DNA of 64,000 nt from Eledone cirrhosa. Taxonomy: Eukaryota. The notes below the pieces were generated by a model. That model had not been told where the DNA came from, searched no databases, and was given only the letters and a program-made list of their open reading frames with translations. The stretch covers positions 129,332,001 to 129,396,000 of the forward strand of contig OZ024744.1 of the NCBI GenBank assembly GCA_964016885.1. Direction: 5' to 3'. Numbering within the stretch: position 1 is the first letter of the stretch; every line of letters starts with the position of its first letter. Shown in pieces: positions 51,500 to 63,715 of the stretch. Made by a program: the position numbers and the translations under genes.

Positions 51500-54400
51500 G
51501 GGTTAAGTTAAGTTGGTGTTAAGTTAAGTTGGGGCTGAGTTAAGTTGGGGCTAAGTTAAGTTGGGTCTAAGTTAAGTTGGGGTTAAGTTAAGTTGGGGTT
51601 AAGTTAAGTTGGTGTTAAATTAAGTTGGGGTTAAGTTAAGTTGGTGTTAAGTTAAGTTGGGGTTAAGTTAAGTTGGGGTTAATTAAGATGGGGTTAAGTT
51701 AAGTTGGGGTTAAGTTAATTGGGGTTAAATTAAGTTAGGGTTGAGTTAACTTGGGGTTAAGTTAAGGTGGGGTTAAGTTAAGTTGGGGTCAACTTAAGTT
51801 GGGGTTAAGTTAAGTTGGGGTTAAGTTAAGTTGGGGTTAAGTTAAGTTGGGGTTAAGTTAAGTTGGGGTTACGTTAAGTTGGGGGTAAGTTAAGTTGGTG
51901 GTAAGTTAAGATGGGGTTAAGTTAAGTTGGGGTTAATTTAATTTGGGGTTAAGTTAAGTTAGGGTTAAGTTAAGTTGGGGTTATGTTAAGTTGGGGTTAA
52001 GTTAAGTTGGGGTTAAGTTAAGTTGGGGTTCAATTAAGTTGGGGTTAAGTTAAGTTGGGGGTAAGATAAGTTGGGGTTAGTTAAGTTGGGGTTAAGTTAA
52101 GTTGGGGTTAAGTTAAGTTGGGGTTAAGTTAAGTTGGGGTTAAGTTAAGTTGGGGTTAAGTTAAGTTGGGGTTAAGTTAAGTTGGGGTTAAGTTAAGTTG
52201 GGGTTAAGTTAAGTTGGTGTTAAGTTAAGTTGGGGTTAAGTTAAGTTGGGGTTAATTAAGTTGGGGTTAAGTTAAGTTGGGGTTAAGTTAATTGGGGTTA
52301 AATTAAGTTAGGGTTGAGTTAAGTTGGGGTTAAGTTAAGGTGGGGTTAAGTTAAGTTGGGGTCAACTTAAGTTGGGGTTAAGTTAAGTTGGGGTTAAGTT
52401 AAGTTGGGGGTAAGATAAGTTGGGGTTAGTTAAGTTGGGGTTAAGTTAAGTTGGGGTTAAGTTAAGTTGGGGTTAAGTTAAGTTGGGGTTAAGTTAAGTT
52501 GGGGTTAAGTTAAGTTGGGGTTAATTTAAGTTGGGGTTAATTTAAGTTGGGGTTAAGTTAAGTTGGGGTTAAGTTAAGTTGGGGTAAAGTTAAGTTGGGG
52601 GTAAGTTAAGTTGGGGTTAAGTTAAGTTGGGGTTAAGTTGGGGTTAAGTTAAGTTAGGGTTAACTTAAGTTGGGGTTGTGTTAAGTGGTGGTTATGTTAA
52701 GTGGTGGTTATGTTAAGTTGGGGTTAAGTTAAATTGGGGTTAAGTTAGGTTGCGGTTAAGTTAAGTTGGGGTTAAGTTAAGTTGGGGTTAAGTTAATTAG
52801 GGTTAAGTTAAGTTGGGGTTAAGTTAAGTTGGGGTTAAGTTAATTTGTTGTTAAGTTAAGTTGGGGTTAAGTTAAGTTGGGGTTAAGTTAAGTTGGGGAT
52901 AAGTTAAGTTGGGGATAAGTTAAGTTGGGGTTAATTAAGTTGGGTTTAAGTTAAGTTGGGGTTAAGTTAAGTTGGGGTTAAGTTAAGTTCGGGTTAAGTT
53001 AAGTTGGTTAGTTAAGTTGAGTTTAAGTTAAGTTGGGGTTAATTTAAGTTGGGGTTAAGTTAAGTTGGGGTTAATTTAAGTTGGGGTTAAGTTAAGTTGG
53101 GGTTAAGTTAAGTTGGGGTTCAGTTAAGTTGGGGTTAAGTTAAGTTGGGGTTAAGTTGGGGTAAAATTAAGTTGGGGTTAAGTTAAGTTGGGGTTAAGTT
53201 AAGTTGGGGTTAAGTTAAGTTGCGGTTAAGTTAAGTTGAGGTTAAGTTAAGTTGGAGTTAAGTTAAGTTGGGGTTAAGTTAAGTTGGGGTTAAGTTAAGT
53301 TGGGGATAAGTTAAGTTGAGGATAAGTTAAGTTGGGGTTAATTAAGTTGGCTTTAAGTTAAGTTGGGGTTAAGTTAAGTTGGGGTTAAGATAAGTTGGTT
53401 AGTTAAGTTGAGTTTAAGTTAAGTTGGGGTTAATTTAAGTTGGGGTTAAGTTAAGTTGGGGTTAAGTTAAGTTGGGGTTAAGTTAAGTTGGGGTTCAGTT
53501 AAGTTGGGGTTAAGTTGGGGTAAAATTAAGTTGGGGTTAAGTTAAGTTGCGGTTAAGTTAAGTTGAGGTTAAGTTAAGTTGGGGTTAAGTTAAGTTGGGG
53601 TTAAGTTAAGTTGGGGCTAAGTTAAGTTGGAGCTAAGTTAAGTTGGGGCTAAGTTAAGTTGGGGTTAAGTTAAGTTGGGGTTAAGTTAAGGTGGGGTTAA
53701 GTTAAGTTGGGGTCAACTTAAGTTGGGGTTAATTTAAGTTGGGGTTAACTTAAGTTGGGGTTAAGCTAAGTTGGGGTTAAGTTAAGTTGGGGTTAAGTTA
53801 AGTTGGGGTTACGTTAAGTTGGGGGTAAGTTAAGTTGGTGGTAAGTTAAGTTGGGGGTAAGTTAAGATGGGGTTAAGTTAAGTTGGGGTTAATTTAATTT
53901 GGGGTTAAGTTAAGTTAGGGTTAAGTTAAGTTGGGGTTGAGTTAAGTTGGGGTTAAGTTAAGTTGGGGTTATGTTAAGTTGGGGTTAAGTTAAGTTGGGG
54001 TTAAGTTAAGTTGGGGTTCAATTAAGTTGCGGTTAATTTAAGTTGGGGTTAAGTTAAGTTGGGGTTAAGTTAAGATGGGGTTAAGTTAAGTTGGGGTTAT
54101 GTTAAGTTGGTGTTAAGTTAAGTTGGGGTTAAGTTAAGTTGGGGTTAAGTTAGGTTGGTGTTAATTTAAGTTGGGGGTAAGTTAAGTTGGGGGTAAGTTA
54201 AGTTGGTGTTAAGTTAAGTTGGGGTTAAGTTAAGTTGGGGTTAAGTTAAGTTGGGGTTAAGGTAGGGTCGAGTTAAGTTGGGGTTAAGTTAAGTTGGGGT
54301 TAAGTTAAGTTGGGGTTGAGTTAAGCTGGGGTTAAGTTAAGTTGGGGTTAAAATAAGTTGGGGTTAAGTTAAGTTGGGGTTAATTTAATTTGTGGTTAAG

Positions 54401-57400
54401 TTAAGTTGGGGTTAAGTTAAGTTGGGGTTGAGTTAAGCTGGGGTTAAGTTAAGTTGAGGTTAAAGTTAAGTAGGGGTTAAATTATGTTGGGGTTAAGTTA
54501 AGTTGGGGTTAAGTTAAGTTGGGGTTAAGTTAAGTTGGGGATAAGTTAAGTTGGGGATAAGTTAAGTTGGGGTTAATTAAGTTGGGTTTAAGTTAAGTTG
54601 GGGTTAAGTTAAGTTGGGGTTAAGTTAAGTTGGGGTTAAGTTAAGTTGGTTAGTTAAATTGAGTTTAAGTTAAGTTGGGCTTAATTTAAGTTGGGGTTAA
54701 GTTAAGTTGGGGTTAAGTTAAGTTGGGGTTAAGTTAAGTTGGGGTTAAGTTAAGTTGGGGTTCAGTCAAGTTGGGGTTAAGTTAAGTTGGGGTTAAGTTG
54801 GGGTAAAATTAAGTTGGGGTTAAGTTAAGTTGGGGTTAAGTTAAGTTGGGGTTAAGTTAAGTTGGGGTTAAGTTAAGTTGCGGTTAAGTTAAGTTGAGGT
54901 TAAGTTAAGTTGGGGTTAAGTTAGGTTGGGGTTAATTTAAGTTGGGACTAAGTTAAGTTGGGACTAAGTTAAGTTGGGGCTAAGTTAAGTTGGGGTTAAG
55001 TTAACTTTGGGTTAAGTTAAGTTGGGTTTGAGTTAAGTTGGGGTTAATTAAGTTGGGGTTAAGTTAAGTTGGGGTTAAGTTAAGTTGGGGTTAAGTTAAG
55101 TTGGGGTTAAGTTAAGTTGCGGTTAAGTTAAGTTGATGTTAAGTTAAGTTGGGGTTAAGTTAAGTTGGGGTTAAGTTAAGTTGGGGCTAAGTTAAGTTGG
55201 GGCTAAGTTAAGTTGGGGCTAAGTTAAGTTGGGGTTAAGTTAAGGTGGGGTTAAGTTAAGTTGGGGTCAACTTAAGTTGGGGTTAAGTTATGTTGGGGTT
55301 AAGTTAAGTTGGGGTTAAGTTAAGTTGGGGTTACATTAAGTTGGGGGTAAGTTAAGTTGGTGGTAAGTTAAGTTGGGGGTAAGTTAAGATGGGGTTAAGT
55401 TAAGTTGGGGTTAATTTAATTTGGGGTTAAGTTAAGTTAGGGTTAAGTTAAGTTGGGGTTATGTTAAGTTGGGGTTAAGTTAAGTTGGGGTTAAGTTAAG
55501 TTGGGGTTCAATTAAGTTGCGGTTAATTTAAGTTGGGTTTAAGTTAAGTTGGGGTTAAGTTAAGTTGGGGTTATGTTAAGTTGGTGTTAAGTTAAGTTGG
55601 GGATAAGTTAAGTTGGGGTTAAGTTAAGTTGGGGTTAAGTTAGGTTGGTGTTAAGTTAAGTTGGCGGTAAGTTAAGTTGGGTGTAAGTTAAGTTGGGGTT
55701 AAGTTAAGTTGGGGCTAAGTTAAGTTGGAGCTAAGTTAAGTTGGGGCTAAGTTAAGTTGGGGTTAAGTTAAGTTGGGGTTAAGTTAAGGTGGGGTTAAGT
55801 TAAGTTGGGGTCAACTTAAGTTGGGGTTAATTTAAGTTGGGGTTAACTTAAGTTGGGGTTAAGCTAAGTTGGGGTTAAGTTAAGTTGGGGTTAAGTTAAG
55901 TTGGGGTTACGTTAAGTTGGGGGTAAGTTAAGTTGGTGGTAAGTTAAGTTGGGGGTAAGTTAAGATGGGGTTAAGTTAAGTTGGGGTTAATTTAATTTGG
56001 GGTTAAGTTAAGTTAGGGTTAAGTTAAGTTGGGGTTGAGTTAAGTTGGGGTTAAGTTAAGTTGGGGTTATGTTAAGTTGGGGTTAAGTTAAGTTGGGGTT
56101 AAGTTAAGTTGGGGTTCAATTAAGTTGCGGTTAATTTAAGTTGGGGTTAAGTTAAGTTGGGGTTAAGTTAAGATGGGGTTAAGTTAAGTTGGGGTTATGT
56201 TAAGTTGGTGTTAAGTTAAGTTGGGGTTAAGTTAAGTTGGGGTTAAGTTAGGTTGGTGTTAATTTAAGTTGGGGGTAAGTTAAGTTGGGGGTAAGTTAAG
56301 TTGGTGTTAAGTTAAGTTGGGGTTAAGTTAAGTTGGGGTTAAGTTAAGTTGGGGTTAAGGTAGGGTCGAGTTAAGTTGGGGTTAAGTTAAGTTGGTGTTA
56401 AGTTAAGTTGGGGCTGAGTTAAGTTGGGGCTAAGTTAAGTTGGGTCTAAGTTAAGTTGGGGTTAAGTTAAGTTGGGGTTAAGTTAAGTTGGTGTTAAATT
56501 AAGTTGGGGTTAAGTTAAGTTGGTGTTAAGTTAAGTTGGGGTTAAGTTAAGTTGGGGTTAATTAAGATGGGGTTAAGTTAAGTTGGGGTTAAGTTAATTG
56601 GGGTTAAATTAAGTTAGGGTTGAGTTAACTTGGGGTTAAGTTAAGGTGGGGTTAAGTTAAGTTGGGGTTAAGTTAAGTTGGGGTTAAGTTAAGTTGGGGT
56701 TACGTTAAGTTGGGGGTAAGTTAAGTTGGTGGTAAGTTAAGATGGGGTTAAGTTAAGTTGGGGTCAACTTAAGTTGGGGTTAAGTTAAGTTGGGGTTAAG
56801 TTAAGTTGGGGTTAAGTTAAGTTGGGGTTAAGTTAAGTTGGGGTTACGTTAAGTTGGGGGTAAGTTAAGTTGGTGGTAAGTTAAGATGGGGTTAAGTTAA
56901 GTTGGGGTTAATTTAATTTGGGGTTAAGTTAAGTTAGGGTTAAGTTAAGTTGGGGTTATGTTAAGTTGGGGTTAAGTTAAGTTGGGGTTAAGTTAAGTTG
57001 GGGTTCAATTAAGTTGGGGTTAAGTTAAGTTGGGGGTAAGATAAGTTGGGGTTAGTTAAGTTGGGGTTAAGTTAAGTTGGGGTTAAGTTAAGTTGGGGTT
57101 AAGTTAAGTTGGGGTTAAGTTAAGTTGGGGTTAAGTTAAGTTGGGGTTAAGTTAAGTTGGGGTTAAGTTAAGTTGGGGTTAAGTTAAGTTGGTGTTAAGT
57201 TAAGTTGGGGTTAAGTTAAGTTGGGGTTAATTAAGTTGGGGTTAAGTTAAGTTGGGGTTAAGTTAATTGGGGTTAAATTAAGTTAGGGTTGAGTTAAGTT
57301 GGGGTTAAGTTAAGGTGGGGTTAAGTTAAGTTGGGGTCAACTTAAGTTGGGGTTAAGTTAAGTTGGGGTTAAGTTAAGTTGGGGGTAAGATAAGTTGGGG

Positions 57401-60400
57401 TTAGTTAAGTTGGGGTTAAGTTAAGTTGGGGTTAAGTTAAGTTGGGGTTAAGTTAAGTTGGGGTTAAGTTAAGTTGGGGTTAAGTTAAGTTGGGGTTAAT
57501 TTAAGTTGGGGTTAATTTAAGTTGGGGTTAAGTTAAGTTGGGGTTAAGTTAAGTTGGGGTAAAGTTAAGTTGGGGGTAAGTTAAGTTGGGGTTAAGTTAA
57601 GTTGGGGTTAAGTTGGGGTTAAGTTAAGTTAGGGTTAACTTAAGTTGGGGTTGTGTTAAGTGGTGGTTATGTTAAGTGGTGGTTATGTTAAGTTGGGGTT
57701 AAGTTAAATTGGGGTTAAGTTAGGTTGCGGTTAAGTTAAGTTGGGGTTAAGTTAAGTTGGGGTTAAGTTAATTAGGGTTAAGTTAAGTTGGGGTTAAGTT
57801 AAGTTGGGGTTAAGTTAATTTGTTGTTAAGTTAAGTTGGGGTTAAGTTAAGTTGGGGTTAAGTTAAGTTGGGGATAAGTTAAGTTGGGGATAAGTTAAGT
57901 TGGGGTTAATTAAGTTGGGTTTAAGTTAAGTTGGGGTTAAGTTAAGTTGGGGTTAAGTTAAGTTCGGGTTAAGTTAAGTTGGTTAGTTAAGTTGAGTTTA
58001 AGTTAAGTTGGGGTTAATTTAAGTTGGGGTTAAGTTAAGTTGGGGTTAATTTAAGTTGGGGTTAAGTTAAGTTGGGGTTAAGTTAAGTTGGGGTTCAGTT
58101 AAGTTGGGGTTAAGTTAAGTTGGGGTTAAGTTGGGGTAAAATTAAGTTGGGGTTAAGTTAAGTTGGGGTTAAGTTAAGTTGGGGTTAAGTTAAGTTGCGG
58201 TTAAGTTAAGTTGAGGTTAAGTTAAGTTGGAGTTAAGTTAAGTTGGGGTTAAGTTAAGTTGGGGTTAAGTTAAGTTGGGGATAAGTTAAGTTGAGGATAA
58301 GTTAAGTTGGGGTTAATTAAGTTGGCTTTAAGTTAAGTTGGGGTTAAGTTAAGTTGGGGTTAAGATAAGTTGGTTAGTTAAGTTGAGTTTAAGTTAAGTT
58401 GGGGTTAATTTAAGTTGGGGTTAAGTTAAGTTGGGGTTAAGTTAAGTTGGGGTTAAGTTAAGTTGGGGTTCAGTTAAGTTGGGGTTAAGTTGGGGTAAAA
58501 TTAAGTTGGGGTTAAGTTAAGTTGCGGTTAAGTTAAGTTGAGGTTAAGTTAAGTTGGGGTTAAGTTAAGTTGGGGTTAAGTTAAGTTGGGGCTAAGTTAA
58601 GTTGGAGCTAAGTTAAGTTGGGGCTAAGTTAAGTTGGGGTTAAGTTAAGTTGGGGTTAAGTTAAGGTGGGGTTAAGTTAAGTTGGGGTCAACTTAAGTTG
58701 GGGTTAATTTAAGTTGGGGTTAACTTAAGTTGGGGTTAAGCTAAGTTGGGGTTAAGTTAAGTTGGGGTTAAGTTAAGTTGGGGTTACGTTAAGTTGGGGG
58801 TAAGTTAAGTTGGTGGTAAGTTAAGTTGGGGGTAAGTTAAGATGGGGTTAAGTTAAGTTGGGGTTAATTTAATTTGGGGTTAAGTTAAGTTAGGGTTAAG
58901 TTAAGTTGGGGTTGAGTTAAGTTGGGGTTAAGTTAAGTTGGGGTTATGTTAAGTTGGGGTTAAGTTAAGTTGGGGTTAAGTTAAGTTGGGGTTCAATTAA
59001 GTTGCGGTTAATTTAAGTTGGGGTTAAGTTAAGTTGGGGTTAAGTTAAGATGGGGTTAAGTTAAGTTGGGGTTATGTTAAGTTGGTGTTAAGTTAAGTTG
59101 GGGTTAAGTTAAGTTGGGGTTAAGTTAGGTTGGTGTTAATTTAAGTTGGGGGTAAGTTAAGTTGGGGGTAAGTTAAGTTGGTGTTAAGTTAAGTTGGGGT
59201 TAAGTTAAGTTGGGGTTAAGTTAAGTTGGGGTTAAGGTAGGGTCGAGTTAAGTTGGGGTTAAGTTAAGTTGGGGTTAAGTTAAGTTGGGGTTGAGTTAAG
59301 CTGGGGTTAAGTTAAGTTGGGGTTAAAATAAGTTGGGGTTAAGTTAAGTTGGGGTTAATTTAATTTGTGGTTAAGTTAAGTTGGGGTTAAGTTAAGTTGG
59401 GGTTGAGTTAAGCTGGGGTTAAGTTAAGTTGAGGTTAAAGTTAAGTAGGGGTTAAATTATGTTGGGGTTAAGTTAAGTTGGGGTTAAGTTAAGTTGGGGT
59501 TAAGTTAAGTTGGGGATAAGTTAAGTTGGGGATAAGTTAAGTTGGGGTTAATTAAGTTGGGTTTAAGTTAAGTTGGGGTTAAGTTAAGTTGGGGTTAAGT
59601 TAAGTTGGGGTTAAGTTAAGTTGGTTAGTTTAATTGAGTTTAAGTTAAGTTGGGCTTAATTTAAGTTGGGGTTAAGTTAAGTTGGGGTTAAGTTAAGTTG
59701 GGGTTAAGTTAAGTTGGGGTTAAGTTAAGTTGGGGTTCAGTCAAGTTGGGGTTAAGTTAAGTTGGGGTTAAGTTGGGGTAAAATTAAGTTGGGGTTAAGT
59801 TAAGTTGGGGTTAAGTTAAGTTGGGGTTAAGTTAAGTTGGGGTTAAGTTAAGTTGCGGTTAAGTTAAGTTGAGGTTAAGTTAAGTTGGGGTTAAGTTAGG
59901 TTGGGGTTAATTTAAGTTGGGACTAAGTTAAGTTGGGACTAAGTTAAGTTGGGGCTAAGTTAAGTTGGGGTTAAGTTAACTTTGGGTTAAGTTAAGTTGG
60001 GTTTGAGTTAAGTTGGGGTTAATTAAGTTGGGGTTAAGTTAAGTTGGGGTTAAGTTAAGTTGGGGTTAAGTTAAGTTGGGGTTAAGTTAAGTTGCGGTTA
60101 AGTTAAGTTGATGTTAAGTTAAGTTGGGGTTAAGTTAAGTTGGGGTTAAGTTAAGTTGGGGCTAAGTTAAGTTGGGGCTAAGTTAAGTTGGGGCTAAGTT
60201 AAGTTGGGGTTAAGTTAAGGTGGGGTTAAGTTAAGTTGGGGTCAACTTAAGTTGGGGTTAAGTTATGTTGGGGTTAAGTTAAGTTGGGGTTAAGTTAAGT
60301 TGGGGTTACATTAAGTTGGGGGTAAGTTAAGTTGGTGGTAAGTTAAGTTGGGGGTAAGTTAAGATGGGGTTAAGTTAAGTTGGGGTTAATTTAATTTGGG

Positions 60401-61360
60401 GTTAAGTTAAGTTAGGGTTAAGTTAAGTTGGGGTTATGTTAAGTTGGGGTTAAGTTAAGTTGGGGTTAAGTTAAGTTGGGGTTCAATTAAGTTGCGGTTA
60501 ATTTAAGTTGGGTTTAAGTTAAGTTGGGGTTAAGTTAAGTTGGGGTTATGTTAAGTTGGTGTTAAGTTAAGTTGGGGATAAGTTAAGTTGGGGTTAAGTT
60601 AAGTTGGGGTTAAGTTAGGTTGGTGTTAAGTTAAGTTGGCGGTAAGTTAAGTTGGGTGTAAGTTAAGTTGGGGTTAAGTTAAGTTGGGGCTAAGTTAAGT
60701 TGGAGCTAAGTTAAGTTGGGGCTAAGTTAAGTTGGGGTTAAGTTAAGTTGGGGTTAAGTTAAGGTGGGGTTAAGTTAAGTTGGGGTCAACTTAAGTTGGG
60801 GTTAATTTAAGTTGGGGTTAACTTAAGTTGGGGTTAAGCTAAGTTGGGGTTAAGTTAAGTTGGGGTTAAGTTAAGTTGGGGTTACGTTAAGTTGGGGGTA
60901 AGTTAAGTTGGTGGTAAGTTAAGTTGGGGGTAAGTTAAGATGGGGTTAAGTTAAGTTGGGGTTAATTTAATTTGGGGTTAAGTTAAGTTAGGGTTAAGTT
61001 AAGTTGGGGTTGAGTTAAGTTGGGGTTAAGTTAAGTTGGGGTTATGTTAAGTTGGGGTTAAGTTAAGTTGGGGTTAAGGTAAGTTGGGGTTCAATTAAGT
61101 TGCGGTTAATTTAAGTTGGGGTTAAGTAAAGTTGGGGTTAAGTTAAGATGGGATTAAGTTAAGTTGGGGTTATGTTAAGTTGGTGTTAAGTTAAGTTGGG
61201 GTTAAGTTAAGTTGGGGTTAAGTTAGGTTGGTGTTAATTTAAGTTGGGGGTAAGTTAAGTTGGGGGTAAGTTAAGTTGGTGTTAAGTTAAGTTGGGGTTA
61301 AGTTAAGTTGGGGTTAAGTTAAGTTGGGGTTAAGGTAGGGTCGAGTTAAGTTGGGGTTAA
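51500..61360 (+). repeat. Tandem duplication of about 4.9-5.0 kb (offset 4975 bp)
   Basis: The offset is 4975 for the C of TTCGGG at 52990/57965, TCGA 54268/59243 and 56366/61341, GGGACTAAG 54944/59919, and GGGTGTAAG 55679/60654. It is 4879 at GGGTCTAAG 51563/56442, upstream of a 96-bp (6-monomer) insertion near 56650-56760. Confidence 0.88.
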
Positions 61361-62760
61361 GTTAAGTTGGGGTTAAGTTAAGTTGGGGTTGAGTTAAGCT
61401 GGGGTTAAGTTAAGTTGGGGTTAAAATAAGTTGGGGTTAAGTTAAGTTGGGGTTAATTTAATTTGTGGTTAAGTTAAGTTGGGGTTAAGTTAAGTTGGGG
61501 TTGAGTTAAGCTGGGGTTAAGTTAAGTTGAGGTTAAAGTTAAGTAGGGGTTAAATTATGTTGGGGTTAAGTTAAGTTGGGGTTAAGTTAAGTTGGGGTTA
61601 AGTTAAGTTGGGGATAAGTTAAGTTGGGGATAAGTTAAGTTGGGGTTAATTAAGTTGGGTTTAAGTTAAGTTGGGGTTAAGTTAAGTTGGGGTTAAGTTA
61701 AGTTGGGGTTAAGTTAAGTTGGTTAGTTAAATTGAGTTTAAGTTAAGTTGGGCTTAATTTAAGTTGGGGTTAAGTTAAGTTGGGGTTAAGTTAAGTTGGG
61801 GTTAAGTTAAGTTGGGGTTAAGTTAAGTTGGGGTTCAGTCAAGTTGGGGTTAAGTTAAGTTGGGGTTAAGTTGGGGTAAAATTAAGTTGGGGTTAAGTTA
61901 AGTTGGGGTTAAGTTAAGTTGGGGTTAAGTTAAGTTGGGGTTAAGTTAAGTTGCGGTTAAGTTAAGTTGAGGTTAAGTTAAGTTGGGGTTAAGTTAGGTT
62001 GGGGTTAATTTAAGTTGGGACTAAGTTAAGTTGGGACTAAGTTAAGTTGGGGCTAAGTTAAGTTGGGGTTAAGTTAACTTTGGGTTAAGTTAAGTTGGGT
62101 TTGAGTTAAGTTGGGGTTAATTAAGTTGGGGTTAAGTTAAGTTGGGGTTAAGTTAAGTTGGGGTTAAGTTAAGTTGGGGTTAAGTTAAGTTGCGGTTAAG
62201 TTAAGTTGATGTTAAGTTAAGTTGGGGTTAAGTTAAGTTGGGGTTAAGTTAAGTTGGGGCTAAGTTAAGTTGGGGCTAAGTTAAGTTGGGGCTAAGTTAA
62301 GTTGGGGTTAAGTTAAGGTGGGGTTAAGTTAAGTTGGGGTCAACTTAAGTTGGGGTTAAGTTATGTTGGGGTTAAGTTAAGTTGGGGTTAAGTTAAGTTG
62401 GGGTTACATTAAGTTGGGGGTAAGTTAAGTTGGTGGTAAGTTAAGTTGGGGGTAAGTTAAGATGGGGTTAAGTTAAGTTGGGGTTAATTTAATTTGGGGT
62501 TAAGTTAAGTTAGGGTTAAGTTAAGTTGGGGTTATGTTAAGTTGGGGTTAAGTTAAGTTGGGGTTAAGTTAAGTTGGGGTTCAATTAAGTTGCGGTTAAT
62601 TTAAGTTGGGTTTAAGTTAAGTTGGGGTTAAGTTAAGTTGGGGTTATGTTAAGTTGGTGTTAAGTTAAGTTGGGGATAAGTTAAGTTGGGGTTAAGTTAA
62701 GTTGGGGTTAAGTTAGGTTGGTGTTAAGTTAAGTTGGCGGTAAGTTAAGTTGGGTGTAAG
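58555..62760 (+). repeat. Tandem duplication of 2098 bp (also present as one full plus one partial copy at about 53580-56380)
   Basis: The offset is 2098 for TCGA 59243/61341 and 54268/56366, GGGACTAAG 59919/62017, TTAAAATAAG 59323/61421, GGGTGTAAG 60654/62752, and GGAGCTAAG 53629/55727. Confidence 0.88.
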
Positions 62761-62809
62761 TTAAGTTGGTGTTAAGTTATGTTGGGGTTAAGTTAAGTTG
62801 GGGTTAAGT

Positions 62810-63715
62810 TAAGTTGGGTTTAAGTTAAGTTGGGGCTAAGTTAAGTTAGGGCTAAGTTAAGTTGGGGTTAAGTAAAGTTAGGGCTAAGTTAAGTTGGGGT
62901 TAACTTAAGTTGGGGTTAATTTAAGTTGGGGTTACATTAAGTTGAGGTTAAGTTAAGTTGGGGTTAAGTTAAGTTGGGTTTAAGTTAAGTTGGGGCTAAG
63001 TTAAGTTAGGGCTAAGTTAAGTTGGGGCTGAGTTAAGTTGGGGTTAAGTTAAGTTGGGGTTGAGTTAAGTTGGGGTTAAGTTAAGTTGGGGTTAAGTTAA
63101 GTTGGGGTTAAGTTAAGTTGGGGCTGAGTTAAGTTGGGGTTACGTTAAGTTGGGGTTAAGGTAAGTTGGGGTTAAGTTAAGTTGGGGTTAAGTTAAGTTG
63201 GTGTTAAGTTAAGTTGGGGCTGACTTAAGTTGGGGCTAAGTTAAGTTGGGTCTAAGTTAAGTTGGGTTTAAGTTAAGTTGGGGCTAAGTTAAGTTAGGGC
63301 TAAGTTAAGTTGGGGTTAAGTAAAGTTAGGGCTAAGTTAAGTTGGGGTTAAGTTAAGTTGGGGTTAATTTAAGTTGGGGTTACATTAAGTTGAGGTTAAG
63401 TTAAGTTGGGGTTAAGTTAAGTTGGGTTTAAGTTAAGTTGGGGCTAAGTTAAGTTAGGGCTAAGTTAAGTTGGGGCTGAGTTAAGTTGGGGTTAAGTTAA
63501 GTTGGGGTTGAGTTAAGTTGGGGTTAAGTTAAGTTGGGGTTAAGTTAAGTTGGGGTTAAGTTAAGTTGGGGCTGAGTTAAGTTGGGATTACGTTAAGTTG
63601 GGGTTAAGGTAAGTTGGGGTTAAGTTAAGTTGGGGTTAAGTTAAGTTGGTGTTAAGTTAAGTTGGGGCTGAGTTAAGTTGGGGCTAAGTTAAGTTGGGTC
63701 TAAGTTAAGTTGGGG
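62810..63715 (+). repeat. Tandem duplication of 448 bp (28 monomers)
   Basis: GGGTCTAAG occurs at 63248 and 63696. The series GGGTTT, GGGGCT, AGGGCT, GTAAAG, TTACAT, GAGG, CTGAG, TTACG, GGTAAG is present twice, with several substitutions between copies. Confidence 0.8.
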
